A stretch of DNA of 64,000 bases from contig NC_092670.1 in the NCBI RefSeq assembly GCF_964355755.1, positions 8,298,201 through 8,362,200 of the forward strand, in the 5' to 3' direction. Position numbers and translations under genes: made by a program. Below are positions 23,833 to 37,577 of this stretch, piece after piece; the first letter of the stretch is position 1; each line of letters opens with the position of its first letter. The notes below the pieces were generated by a model that had not been told where the DNA came from, did no database searches, and saw only the letters and a program-made list of their open reading frames with translations. Source of the DNA: Antedon mediterranea. Its lineage: Eukaryota > Animalia > Echinodermata.

Positions 23833-23978
23833 TCTCTCTTTGCAGCTTGAGTCTTGATCTCTTTTTGCAGCTTGAGTCTTGATCTCTTTTTGCAGCTTGA
23901 GTCTTGATCTCTGTTTGCAGCTTGAGTCTTGATCTCTTTTTGCAGCTTGAGTCTTGATCTCTGTTTGCAGCTTGAGTC
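23833..23978. repeat. 25-bp minisatellite, ~6 copies
   Basis: TGCAGCTTGAGTCTTGATCTCT(T/G)TT at 23841, 23866, 23891, 23916, 23941, 23966. Confidence 0.95.
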
Positions 23979-25257
23979 CAATCCAGGTTTCACATGCATA
24001 ACATCTAATGAAAATATTCCGGGCTACTACAAACGAAAACATAATCAGATGAACAGAATTAATATTATTATTATTATTCAAACAAAGAAATAGGCATAGG
24101 GCTAAACTCTTTCAATATTACTGTAACTGTAAAAAAAAAATATATAAATTACTAGTATTCAGTTGAATTGACGGGGAGGATTAAATCCATATTGGCGACT
24201 CAGTACGATGGCAAAGATATAACAAGTATGATGATCCGTTGGTTGGGGACACACCACGCGACGCGCCAGGTACACAGCACGTGGTTGCAGGAGATGGAGG
24301 AGAGAGAGTAGAGACGTGTCATGCATCTTTCAACAGATTGATTTCACTGTAAAGATGTACTTATAATAGGCCTACTAATGATTGGTGAACTTAAGTTAAT
24401 GGTAGCTAGTTAGTAGTCTATACAGTACTTATAGTTAGACCTCCTAGGCATGTTAATTTATGGTTAATTAATTTACTACCTAGCAGCAGCAGAAGCTAGA
24501 ATTTCGCTAGTAACATGATATCCGATCAGTGCTACTGTACAGTTCGGTCGCGATTCAAATCGGCCGTGGTGGTACGTATTCGGTCGCTTCTTCACCGCTT
24601 GACTTATCTCTATGGCTATAATGTGAAGCGCCGCTGTCGAAATTTCTATTTCAAAGCTTGGACGTCTCAGGCAGAAATCATTTATGAAATACATCATCAA
24701 TTGGGACATTAGGGGGTACTATATAATAAGTATTTATATCAGAGAGTTACAGTACCTGCTTTTGCTGTCTGGAATAATAATAATACAGTTTTCTTCCATA
24801 GTTCAACATATTTATAATTTTTTAGGCCAGCCTAGGCCTACTAAAAAGTATCAGTCTTTTTGCCTTTTTAGTTATTTTTATTTTTATTACTTTAAATAAA
24901 GTTATTCACTTTTTTAGAAAAAATAAGTTAATTAATACACATTATAAAAAAAAAATATATGATTAAATTTAACTAAAAAAACTGTCGCAATCGACTTCCA
25001 ATTGAACATTCTTACTTTAAATTATAGTTTTTAAATTAATTTTTTGGTTCAAATTTTAGTCAAACTGAATAACTATTAGATGGCATATTCAACACACAAA
25101 TTAAAAAAAAAAATTTATTGGGGGAATTGAGTGGGTGGAAATATTTCTTTAAATAAATCAGTGACAAAAAAAATTCTCAAAACCATGAATAGTCTATTAT
25201 TATCATTACCGTAGTTAATTTAACGACATATTTTCTTTCAGAATTACAGAATACAAC

Positions 25258-26328
25258 ATGAAATATAAATGTGAACACTGTGGAGTTAAGTTGGAATTCA
25301 GTGACTTGAAAGAACATTTAGGATTACACAATCATTCTAAAGAAATAAAATGTGAGCTCTGTGACGATACAATTGACAAGTGTAACCTACATAACCAGAC
25401 ACCATATGAATGTGAGCATGAGGAGAAAGGAAATCAGAATTTGAAAAAAACATTTTTGAGGACAAACACAGGAGAGACACCATATGAATGTCAACATTGT
25501 GGTAAGAAATTTAAACAAAATGGAAATTTGAAGATACATTTGAGAATACACACAAGAGAGACACCATATGAATGTGAACATTGTGGTAAGAAATTTAAAC
25601 AAAATGGAAATTTGAAGATACATTTGAGAACACACACAGGAGAGACACCATATGAATGTGAACAATGTGGAACGAAATTTAAACACAATAGAAGTTTGAA
25701 GATACATTTGAGAACACACACTAGAGAGGCACCATACGAATGTCAACATTGTGGTAAGAAATTTAAACAAAATGAGAATTTTAAGATACATTTGAGAACA
25801 CACACTACAGAGGCACCATATGAATGTGAACATTGTGGTAAGAAATTTAAACAAAATTGGGATTTGAAAAGACATTTGAGAGTACACACAAGAGAGACAC
25901 CATATGAATGTGTATATTGTGGTAAGAAATTTAAACTAAATGGAAATTTGAAGAGACATTTGAGAATAAACACAGGAGAGACACCATATGAATGTGAACA
26001 TTGTGGTAAGAAATTTAAACAAAATGGAAATTTGAAGATACATTTGAGAAAACACACAGGAGAGACACCATATGAATGTGAACATTGTGGTAAGAAATTT
26101 AAACTAAATGGAAATTTGAAGATGCATTTGAAAACACACACAGGAGGGACACCATATGAATGTTAACATTGTGGGAAGAAATTTAAACAGAATGGAAATT
26201 TGAAGATACATTTGAGAACACACACAATAGAGACACCATATGAATGTGAACATTGTGGAACGAAATTTACACGGAATGCTACTTTGAAAGCACATTTAAA
26301 AACACATAACACACCTTATGAAATTTAA
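25258..26328 (+). CDS. C2H2 ZF gene A, copy 2: cap finger, 1 degenerate unit, 10 finger units; premature TAA at 26164 leaves a 302-aa ORF
   Basis: Acceptor TTTTCTTTCAG; CAACATG start. After the TAA the frame continues to the family NTPYEI* end at 26328. Truncated gene or young pseudogene. Confidence 0.8.
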
Positions 26329-26410
26329 ATGGAAGCCAACTTTGAAAGCACATTTCAGAGAACACACAAGAGACACAATATGAACGTGAACAGTGTGGGA
26401 AGAAATTTAA

Positions 26411-26524
<114 letters not shown>

Positions 26525-26624
26525 TAGAGTACACACAGGAGAGACACCATATGACTGTAAACAATGTTGAAGAAAATTTAATTACACAAAATGGAGAATT
26601 AAAAATATGGAACAGACCATATGA

Positions 26625-26756
<132 letters not shown>

Positions 26757-28280
26757 TAAAAAGACATTTAAGAACACAAAAAAATGATAAACACTTTGGG
26801 AAAAAAAATAAACAAAATGATACTTTCACACCACATTTTAAAACTCACACAGGAGAAAGACCATGTGACGATTATGGAAGAAATGCAATGAAAGGGGTGA
26901 TTTGGAAAGACAGAACAAAATGTAAGAAATACACCAACACAAAACAGTTGGGGTGGGGGCGGAAATAAACAAAATGAAAGCACTCAGAAACTGATATTTC
27001 GGCCCATGTCAAAAGAATACAAATTGTTCTTTTTTTTATTTTTGAAGTTCATAAATTTTAAAAGGCATGTACTGTAAATATATACTCGGTCTACACTATC
27101 AAACTAGTTTGACAAAAAAAGTGTGATGTGCCCAAATATGGTAGTGATATGACATGTCCATATGGATCACAATTTTTTGTTTCATAAATTTTGATAGCAT
27201 AGAGAGAGCTTTAGACAAAAGAATATAAATTTTGTGGGAAAATAATTGTACTTTGAACACACAGTGGTGATTTGAAAGAACATTTTAGAAAACAAACAAG
27301 AGATACACTACATTATAACATTGTGCGAAGAAATTTAAAGTGATAATTCACATGAGAGAGAATTAATAGGTTAAGTTTGAATATTTTTTAATAAACAGAA
27401 ATATTTATTTCAGATAAATGAGTTACTATAATGCAGTACTCAATAATTTGAGCCATAATACTTGAAGAATATAATTATGTAGATTACTTTATTCCCGGAT
27501 ACAAAAAAAACTAATACATTGAAGTTTATTAAGTGTTTTAAGATTGTCATGTCAATCAAACAAATCAAACACAATAGATAATAATAAACCATTCCCATAA
27601 CGGGAGAATTTTGAAAAAAACATTTTAGAACTCTCACAATGAATCTGAATATTGTGAGAATAAAAAAACATTTGAAAATATACACTGCAAAGACACAACA
27701 CAATATAAATGAAATTTGTGTAAAGAGATTTAAAACTAATATTTAACATTTAGAATTACATTTGAGGATACACACAAGAGAGAAAACATACTGTACTGTA
27801 TAAATGTTAATGTTCTGTGTGTTGTTGTTTTTTGTTTTGTTTAAAGTACACACACACTTTCAATTCTAAATGTACACTCTTTTACTTATTAGTTAGTAAA
27901 TTGTTGTTATAACATTTATTATAGTACTATGATACCATAGGACTTAATTATTGTATTATTTTAATTTACTTTATTATAACATTATGCATTTTTGGTTTTG
28001 TTTACACTTTGTTTCGTTTGTGATATTTTGTTGGTCAAAAATTATAATAAACCCTTTCTATGATTTATAATGTACAGTAGCCTTCCTATGTAATAAAGCC
28101 TTTCTATGATTTTTATTTCAAAGTAACAGTTTTCTTTTATAGTCGGTTTTTGTAACAATAAAATCAAGTTTTATTCATATATATTCAAGATGCTGTATAA
28201 TATACTATTTTCTTTGTGTATATTTGTAAACACATGGCGACACAACAAGGGATAGATAGATAGTAGTTTGTATTTTATAT

Positions 28281-28388
28281 TTTTAGTCGCGTGGACGCGA
28301 CTCTATAGTTCACTATGTCGGTCGGTCGGTCTGTCGGTCCGGTATCACTATGCGTTTTAGCACCCGACTTATGGCTGTTGGCCTTGTT
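28281..28388 (+). mobile_element. Short HINE/DINE-1-like element (paralogous to 15256)
   Basis: Perfect palindrome AGTCGCGT-GG-ACGCGACT at 28285-28302, GTCG repeats, TTGGCCTTGTT end. Confidence 0.75.
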
Positions 28389-29638
28389 ATGTTGAAGTTG
28401 AGGTATTCATGAGCAGAGGTACACTATAGGTTATGTTTTGGAAAAAAAAGTGTATACTGTAGTCATTAGAATTTTAAAGTACTGTAGTTATATTATAGAT
28501 AACTGATTTTGCTGCAGTTTTGCAATCGATCAGAATATTCAAAACTTAATGTTGTTACGTGTTGTCAAAAGAATTGACACAACAATGTAACACTCAATCC
28601 AAGGAGTAACAACTCTCTTCTAAATCCAATTATCTAATTATAGTGGAATTTCAATACAATTCTACATAATTGGCGTTATACAGTATACTGTAAAGGCAGT
28701 GACGATCCACTATTAGATCTCCAGATAAAGCCTTTCTCCACCCACTATACACAATGGTAGAGTGGGTCGATTATAATGTCTCGGGGCGTTACTCAACAAG
28801 TACTCTTACGGCATCTAAATAGATAATTCAATTTGCTTAATTATACTCTCAACCAATCAAATACCGTAAATAAGTACTTGTCTGCCAGTCTATGATCCTA
28901 TTTATTGCTGAGGAATGCCATTCAGTTGTATACAGTGGCAGCGAGAGAACGACTGAGGAAGACGATAATTATCATTGAGGTAGGTACACGTTCCTAAACT
29001 GAAATATTGATTATGAGACAATCGGCGTGTGTGTTTCTTATAATTGTTAGCAGGATACTCGAAAATGTATTGCCGATTTTCTTAAGATTTTAACGGATAG
29101 GTTCATAGCTGTATGGGAACACGTTATTCAATTTCATATGACTAGTAGATCAAATATCAAGCTGACCACAGCAATGGAAAGTTTCACCATAGGGATTTTC
29201 ATTGCTTATTACGTATTTGTTGATATGTGGCATTGGCCCTCGCAATTAACACTCTAACTATCTATTTTGTTTGTAACGTATTGTATAGGGCTTGGTTCTA
29301 TTTGATACGGCTTGGTAATTAGGAGGACCCCGATTTATGTTTCTTTTCCCAGAAAAATAGTAGGCCTAATGCCTTAAAATAATGCAAGCTAATATCACTC
29401 AAATTAATCCGTTACCATTAGGCCTCAGTAAATCTAATTAAAACAAAAGCTGTATACACGACATTAAAGTCGAATACGCCAATTTTAAATTCTTTGACAT
29501 TATTCTGTTACAAAACTACTGTATGTACATAAGTTTGTTTTTCAATATAGTGTAGCTAACATGAATAGTACTACTAAGTATAGCCTGGAGGAAGTAGAAT
29601 TATAGTTTTGACAATTGTATTTTTTTATAGATTTATTG

Positions 29639-30999
29639 ATGAATGAATATGACTTCAACAAAGAAGAATTTAACAGTGTAAATACCAACATGAAATGCAA
29701 ATGTGAACACTGTGGAGATGAATTTGAGTTCAGGGATTTGAAGGAACATTTAGGAATACACGTACATAGTAAAGAGTTTAAATGTGAAAACTCCGAGGAT
29801 TTTCTGCTAAATGGCCAAGCACCATATTATGACTTTGAACATTGTAGGCCTAGAATTGAAGAAAGTAAACATTTTGGACTACCCATTGTCGAAAAATCTT
29901 CATATGAATTTGAACATTGTCGAAATGACGAAAGTGAGAATTCAAGTAACACTGCCGTAGAAGCTTCGTATGAATTAGAACATTGTCGAAATGAAGAAAA
30001 TGAGAATTTGGGAAACACCGTATACTAAATCTGATGAAAATTGTGGAACTGAAGAAAGGGGTGATTTGGGAATTCACACTTTCGAAGAAACTTCGTTTGG
30101 TTGTGAAAATTGTGGGAAAGTGATGATTTAACAAAACCATTTTAAAATTCACACAAGAGAGACACAACATGAATGTGAACATTGTGGGAAGACATTTAAA
30201 CAGAATGCGAATTTGAAAAAGCATTTGAGAATACACACAGGAGAAGCACCATTTGAATGTAAACACTGTGGGAAGAATTTTAAAGAAAGGGGGAATTTAA
30301 ACAAGCATTTGCGGATGCATACAGGAGAGAAACCATATGATTGTGAATACTGTGGGAAGAAATTTAGATCTAGTGTAAATTTGACAAAACATTTGAGAGT
30401 ACACACAGGAGAGAAGCCATACGAATGTGAACAGTGTCAAAGGAAATTTAAACACAGTGGGCAATTAAAAATACATTTTAGAACTCACACAGGGGAGACA
30501 CCGTATGGATGTGAACATTGTGGAAAGAAATTTAAATAGAGAGTGATTTTGAGAGAACATTTGATTGAGAATACACACAGGAGAGAAACCATATGAATGT
30601 ATATTTTGCGCGAAGAACTTTAGAACTAGTAGTTATTTAAATATACATTTGAGATTACACACAGGATGCAAATCGTATGAATGTGAATATTGTGGACAGA
30701 AATTTATCACTAATGGGACTTTAAAAAAACATTTGATAATTCACACCGGAGAGACACCTTATGAATGTGAGCATTGTGGAAAGAAATTTGAACATAATGG
30801 ATATTTAAAATTACATTTGAGAATACACACGGGAGAGAAACCATATAAATGTGAACAATGTGGAATACAATTTCAATGGGATAAAACCTTCAAAAGGCAT
30901 CTAAAAACACACACACACAGACACTCTTTAAATGAAAACACTGTGCTATCATCTTTAAATTCAATTACATTATTACCAATCAATCAATTACAAAATTAG
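29639..30999 (+). pseudogene. C2H2 ZF gene B, copy 2 (multiple lesions)
   Basis: Collinear with B3, but with deletions at ~30019 and ~30119, CAG>TAG at 30537 and a 4-nt TTGA duplication at ~30561. Confidence 0.9.
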
Positions 31000-31676
31000 A
31001 ACTTACATATTTCTTTTCACTCTGATTGTTAAAGCATTTGATTGAAAAGATGGAATTTCTCAATATAAAATATTGTGTTTTGGTAAAGATATGAGGCACA
31101 TATATTTTTTATTCTGTAGATGGATTCATGACAGAGAAATCAGTTAACTGAACATTTTGTTTAAGTTTTTCATATCTCCCTTTATTTTATGTTATTGTAA
31201 AGTGTATTGATTTTATGTATCGTATTCCTCGTTTTCGTCAGTCACAAAATAGTGTAATTATTATTTGTACAGTGTTACCGCTAGAATAGGCCAAAATAGT
31301 AACAATCGGTAATATTACGTGTGTTTACTCGCTTTTGAAATCTTTTCAATGCAAATTAAAGAGAAATAATATCAAATTGTACCATTCTAAAAATATTAAC
31401 AGTAAATATTCGTGCAACAATTTTTAAACAAAATTAACTAGGGCAACTACATTGTAAATTATTGCATCTCTAAATTATTTATGGAGTGCTACGATGACAT
31501 GACTGATCTATTATATTTAAGTTATTGAAATGTTATTTCAATGTGATTTCATTATAACAGTGTTTACAATGTTATAGGCTTTGATTTATTTTTATATTTG
31601 CTTTCATTTTAATTACTTATATGTATGCAATCGTGTTTTCAATCAAATAGTTTATAGGCCAGTGTGTTTTGGAGTA

Positions 31677-33258
31677 TATCGCAAAAATAATAGCAGTTTG
31701 TACAGTAGGTCAGTGGTGTAGGAAAGAGTGGTATCGCACAAAATAATAGCAGTTTGTACAGTAGGTCAGTGGTGTAGGAAAGAGTGGTATCGCACAAAAT
31801 AATAGCAGTTTGTACAGTAGGTCAGTGGTGTAGGAAAGAGTGGTATCGCACAAAATAATAGCAGTTTGTACAGTAGGTCAGTGGTGTAGGAAAGAGTGGT
31901 ATCGCACAAAATAATAGCAGTTTGTACAGTAGGTCAGTGGTGTAGGAAAGAGTGGTATCGCACAAAATAATAGCATTTTGTACAGTAGGTCAGTGGTGTA
32001 GGAAAGAGTGGTATCGCACAAAATAATAGCATTTTGTACAGTAGGTCAGTGGTGTAGGAAAGAGTGGTATCGCACAAAATAATAGCATTTTGTACAGTAG
32101 GTCAGTGGTGTAGGAAAGAGTGGTATCGCACAAAATAATAGCAGTTTGTACAGTAGGTCAGTGGTGTAGGAAAGAGTGGTATCGCACAAAATAATAGCAG
32201 TTTGTACAGTAGGTCAGTGGTGTAGGAAAGAGTGGTATCGCACAAAATAATAGCAGTTTGTACAGTAGGTCAGTGGTGTAGGAAAGAGTGGTATCGCACA
32301 AAATAATAGCAGTTTGTACAGTAGGTCAGTGGTGTAGGAAAGAGTGGTATCGCACAAAATAATAGCAGTTTGTACAGTAGGTCAGTGGTGTAGGAAAGAG
32401 TGGTATCGCACAAAATAATAGCAGTTTGTACAAGTAGGTCAGTGGTGTAGGAAAGAGTGGTATCGCACAAAATAATAGCAGTTTGTACAGTAGGTCAGTG
32501 GTGTAGGAAAGAGTGGTATCGCACAAAATAATAGCAGTTTGTACAGTAGGTCAGTGGTGTAGGAAAGAGTGGTATCGCACAAAATAATAGCAGTTTGTAC
32601 AGTAGGTCAGTGGTGTAGGAAAGAGTGGTATCGCACAAAATAATAGCAGTTTGTACAGTAGGTCAGTGGTGTAGGAAAGAGTGGTATCGCACAAAATAAT
32701 AGCAGTTTGTACAGTAGGTCAGTGGTGTAGGAAAGAGTGGTATCGCACAAAATAATAGCAGTTTGTACAGTAGGTCAGTGGTGTAGGAAAGAGTGGTATC
32801 GCACAAAATAATAGCAGTTTGTACAGTAGGTCAGTGGTGTAGGAAAGAGTGATATCGCACAAAATAATAGCAGTTTGTACAGTAGGTCAGTGGTGTAGGA
32901 AAGAGTGGTATCGCACAAAATAATAGCAGTTTGTACAGTAGGTCAGTGGTGTAGGAAAGAGTGGTATCGCACAAAATAATAGCAGTTTGTACAAGTAGGT
33001 CAGTGGTGTAGGAAAGAGTGGTATCGCACAAAATAATAGCAGTTTGTACAGTAGGTCAGTGGTGTAGGAAAGAGTGGTATCGCACAAAATAATAGCAGTT
33101 TGTACAGTAGGTCAGTGGTGTAGGAAAGAGTGGTATCGCACAAAATAATAGCAGTTTGTACAGTAGGTCAGTGGTGTAGGAAAGAGTGGTATCGCACAAA
33201 ATAATAGCAGTTTGTACAGTAGGTCAGTGGTGTAGGAAAGAGTGGTATCGCACAAAAT
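31677..33258. repeat. 56-bp satellite array, ~28 nearly identical copies
   Basis: Unit GTATCGCACAAAATAATAGCAGTTTGTACAGTAGGTCAGTGGTGTAGGAAAGAGTG, head-to-tail with no spacers. Confidence 0.97.
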
Positions 33259-33822
33259 TCCAACAATGCAGAATTACCAATTTATTTGGTTATGTAGTTT
33301 GCAATGTTTAATATCTCTGTTTCATTTGATTTAGTATAAAAGTGGAAATTACAATAAAATATTATGATTGCCTTATTTAAATTTAATGTTTCTTCATTTA
33401 TTTATTTGACCAAAAAACAATAATGTAAAACAAAACTGAGGAGGAGAATCGGTGGTCAGGACGGTAAAGCAAAGATTTATAATATTCAAAATCATCATAT
33501 AAAACAAGGAAAAAAATCATTTAGCGATTTAGAGAAAGATTTATAATTGCCCAGAAGGATTCAGAGTCAATTGATGATAAAATATAAAGCACTGTCTACA
33601 TAGCACTATCAACATTTTATGTGACAAAAAATGTGATGAGTGTGGACGTGATGATGTCATATACCATATTTGGGCATTTCACTACCATATTTGGGCAAAT
33701 CACACTCTTAGTTTGATAAGACAAAGCTATAGGAAGAGATTCAGAAACAGCTAATTAATTTAATTCAAATTCAAACTGTTTATTGCAACAAGGTAAGCAT
33801 TGTTATATTTACAAAATAACAA

Positions 33823-34260
33823 CTACAATTCATTTCGTCACTTTGACGAATTATTTGTGATCATTGTGAAAACACAATTTTACTGACGTTTCATTTTTTT
33901 AAAATAAACTATGAGCGCAAAACATTGATGTATTCCATCCATGACCTGATGCATAGGCCTACTATTATAGAGTGCTGCTATTAGTGTCGTATTTAATATG
34001 TACAGTATATACGGTATATCTATATACAGTGTAGTAGGTGAAATTACGTGACCCACACTATGTTCTAATGTTTTGGTATGATGATGACAATTTCGGAAGA
34101 TAATGATTTGAGCAAAAGATATAACTCTTTTAAAATGTTTAGGCCCTATAACTTTGACGAAAGACATGATAAAACTACATTTTAATTCAACTGACTATTA
34201 TTATAATGTCAACATTCAACAATTTTTATATGAATTCATATCTACATTTCAGCAGCTTCA
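33823..34260 (-). mobile_element. Partial copy of the 17820..19395 element
   Basis: TTCGTCACTTTGACGAA hairpin and collinear similarity to 17820-18330. Confidence 0.6.
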
Positions 34261-34422
34261 CATTTTCCCAATTGGAAAAACTCGTATCATCAACGTGGCG
34301 GCCACCGGAGCACTTTTTGGTAGTGGTTCATCTCGGCCGGTTACAGAACGCGATATTGTATTGAGCGCCAAAAGTGCCCGTTATGATAGTGTAATAGTGA
34401 CGACGTGTACAACACAGGCTTT

Positions 34423-34857
34423 AAAGTTAACGATGTTTTTATGATGTATTTATTTGGATTCGATAATAAAGTACTGTATTTGAGAGTGTCTCAAATAAAA
34501 ATTTTAAACAGTTAGCCAGCTTTATATATAAAATAAATCGAATAGTACAATATGTTTTGTGTTTTAATGTTAATTAATACTTAATGAGTTACTATATTAT
34601 TACAATGTATATACTGCTATACTATTATAATATAATTTCAAGTTAACGATGTTTTTATGATGTATTTATTTTGATTTGAAAATAAAATACTGTATTTAAG
34701 AGTGTCACAAATAATATTTTTAAACAGTTAGCAGCTTTATATATAAAATAAATCGAATAGTACAATATATTTCGTTTTATGTTTAAATGTGAATTAATAC
34801 TGAATGAGTTACATTTATTACAGTAGAATGTATATACTGCTATATTATAATATAATT
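34423..34857. repeat. Tandem duplication, ~217-bp unit x2
   Basis: AAGTTAACGATGTTTTTATGATGTATTTATTT begins at both 34423 and 34640, with collinear continuation. Confidence 0.85.
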
Positions 34858-35388
34858 AGTTTAATAAAAAAACGAAATAAATGATTTAAAATGATATGAG
34901 TATCTTTGCGTTGATTCAATCTACTTAGAAAATGCAGTCAACACAACGGCATCATCAAAATGCGTGCATACTTTCTATAAAACAAATAATACTAATCCCC
35001 TATATTGTGCTAATCACAAACAAATCAAAGCAACAATATTGAACAAAAAGAAAGTATGTCTTTGTGATGACGCTTTGATTTCATTCATTATAGAAACAAT
35101 ACATCATAATTATAGGATAATTGGTCATTTGTCTTTGAGGCGCTTTGATTTAATGCATATAATAAAACACATAAGACAAAACATAATGTTCGGTTGCTTT
35201 TCGTAAACCAAAAATTCGGAAGATGTGTAAATCAAAGGTAATTTTGTGTCAATAGTAAAAAGTGTCCTTTGCGAAAGGCACACAATAGTTGCGCAAATAA
35301 TGGTCTACTCTCTGTATTAAATGGGGGGGGGGGGTGCTAGTACGTACATGTTCACTTTCAAACTGATTTATCTTCGACTGCAACAAAA

Positions 35389-35676
35389 ATGAACGACTGT
35401 ATCCAGTGTAGAGAACCTGTTAATCATCGCCAGGAGGCTGTTTTTTGCGAGGAGTGCCAACATCGAACTTGCGGTACTGGTATAACACGTGCTGCCTATC
35501 TTGCTGGTATCCGCGACGGCTACATTGATTGGACGTGTAATAAATGTGTGCGACCTGTTCCAGAGGAACCTGCAGCCCAACTAGATGTCTTTGTTGGAGA
35601 CCTTGGAGCATTTGAAGAGCCTGCAGTTGTTGAGGAACAACACTTACCAAACCCATATCGAGTACCAAATCAATAA
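35389..35676 (+). mobile_element. Isolated PHD-finger ORF, probably the N-terminus of a MULE-type transposase remnant
   Basis: CIQC...RQEAVFCEEC-QHRTCGTGI...Y...WTCNKC is a C4HC3 pattern with a short deletion before QH. No transposase core is recognisable downstream. Confidence 0.5.
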
Positions 35677-37577
35677 GAACAATAAAATCGTTGATCGCGT
35701 CAGAATATTATTTAGCTGTTTTTTTTTTTTTTTGCTATTTTGAAATTTCCTGTCACTGGACCCTAATAGAAATTGTTTCCTTTTGTAATGATGAATTGGG
35801 TCGTCCTAAATATATTTTGATTTTGTCTAAAGCCTACATATCATTACAATTTTGTTTTGGCCTATTTATTAGTGCGTTGTGTTCCTTATCAGTTGATCTT
35901 TATCAGTGGTGCTTAATTAACAATGCAGGGCGTACCATTGGGATGTAAGTTTTAATAGAATGAGATACACAAAATGACACAAAATGACTAAAGAAAATAC
36001 TATTATTAATAGCAGTAATAGTAGTATTAATACTACTATTATTTCTTATATAACTTTATACATCTCTATGCAGTTACTAACATTGAATTAATGTTATGTG
36101 TATTTTCAGCATTTAAAATAATGATAAAGTTAGAACTATAAATTACTTATACAGTAATGTTTCATTCTTTTCTTAGTCACGGCTTGTAACAATATTTTCT
36201 GTGCCAGCGACTATTAATTGGTTTTATTGTACTTTGGTTTCCATTGATTTTGTTACCCTCATTTTTAAAATCTTTTGTTTAATTAAATTCTTGACTACGT
36301 CACGTCCACATGTAGATTTTCAATAGTCTCGGCCAATCAAAGTACAGTAGGCCAACTATTAAGCGACGAGATGTCTTTGTCCGTCATTATTTCCGCCTGG
36401 TCTGAGTGGATGAAGGCCACTGCTACTTTATTTGTTCATTGTTATTATTTTGTATGCAGGCAGCGAAAGAAGTGGACAAAAAGGCCGGGAACTGTACCAT
36501 GGTAAGTACAACCACAACTTAATTGTTTTATGTATTTTTTCCCATTCACAATCTGTACAATTTAGTGCGGTTTGTTTTACACGTTTACGCATGGAGTGTA
36601 CTCCATGGTTTACGATGGTTTTCGTAACTAACTCCAAATAGTGAGAGGGAAGTCATGATTCAACGTATAAATAATTATAACTCCAGGATTTAATAATTAT
36701 CTAGCCAACCAGCTTGTCAACATTACACAAACAAAAATGGTATATTCAACAACAAACATTTTTGCTTTCATTAAAATTGTAATGTAATTATCAATAATGG
36801 CCTTGGGTTGTTATCAAACTGCACTTTTAAAGTTATTGGTTGGTCAATTATTTGCCTATAGTTTCGACCAATCAAATTTAAGTACAGCATAATCTAATTA
36901 TAGGTGTTTTTTCTTTGTTAGAATATCCTTGGATAAAACTGTTGTTTGCTAAGTTTTAAGCAGGAAGTGAAACAATGGCAATCACTGAGAAGACGGCAGT
37001 GGTATAGGTAAGTACCAGGATTTTGTTGTGTATTTTTGTTTATGCAATTGCACTAAACAGTAACTTGTGTACATTTTAGTGTAGTAAGTTGTGGATTCCG
37101 TAAGTTGTTTAAAAATGTTTTTAAATATACATTTATTACTTTAATTCTTCCATACTTTACGATCTTTTATATATATATATATCGGTATATCTTTATTCAA
37201 ATGACACAAACAGCCAATGGCTGAAACCGTAGTCGTACAATATTAAAAACAATCATGATAAAAACAGGTAAAAAAAAACATTTAAAAAAGCCGGTACTAG
37301 GCTCCTTCAAGCCTAAAGTAATCGATCGATCCAAACCCACAAGTTTTTTGTTGAACAGTGCATGTTTATTCAATGTTATTGCCTACTTTACTACTCCCTT
37401 ATTCAGTACAGTATATGCCACGCTGTACCTTAGGTACATTTTATTTATATTTATTGGATTTTTTAAATTTACAGTAGGCCTATAATTATGAAGAAATTTC
37501 ATCGCAATTAGGACGAACTCAACAGCAACATTAACTTTTAAAAATCATTAAAAAAAGATTTTTTATTGAACATCAGC

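Noticed and set aside
21710-24250. Intact Polinton/Maverick element
   Set aside because: Only a decayed polymerase is recognisable; I found no TIRs, 6-bp TSD, integrase, ATPase, protease or capsid.
26164-26166. Stop-codon readthrough or recoding in A2
   Set aside because: TAA replaces a CAA/GAA codon seen in sibling fingers; an ordinary nonsense mutation.
32270-33087. Repeated 66-aa ORFs in the satellite
   Set aside because: Produced by single-base insertions shifting between frames of a 56-bp repeat.
31677-33258. CRISPR array
   Set aside because: Units are contiguous and near-identical with no unique spacers, there are no cas genes, and the context is eukaryotic.
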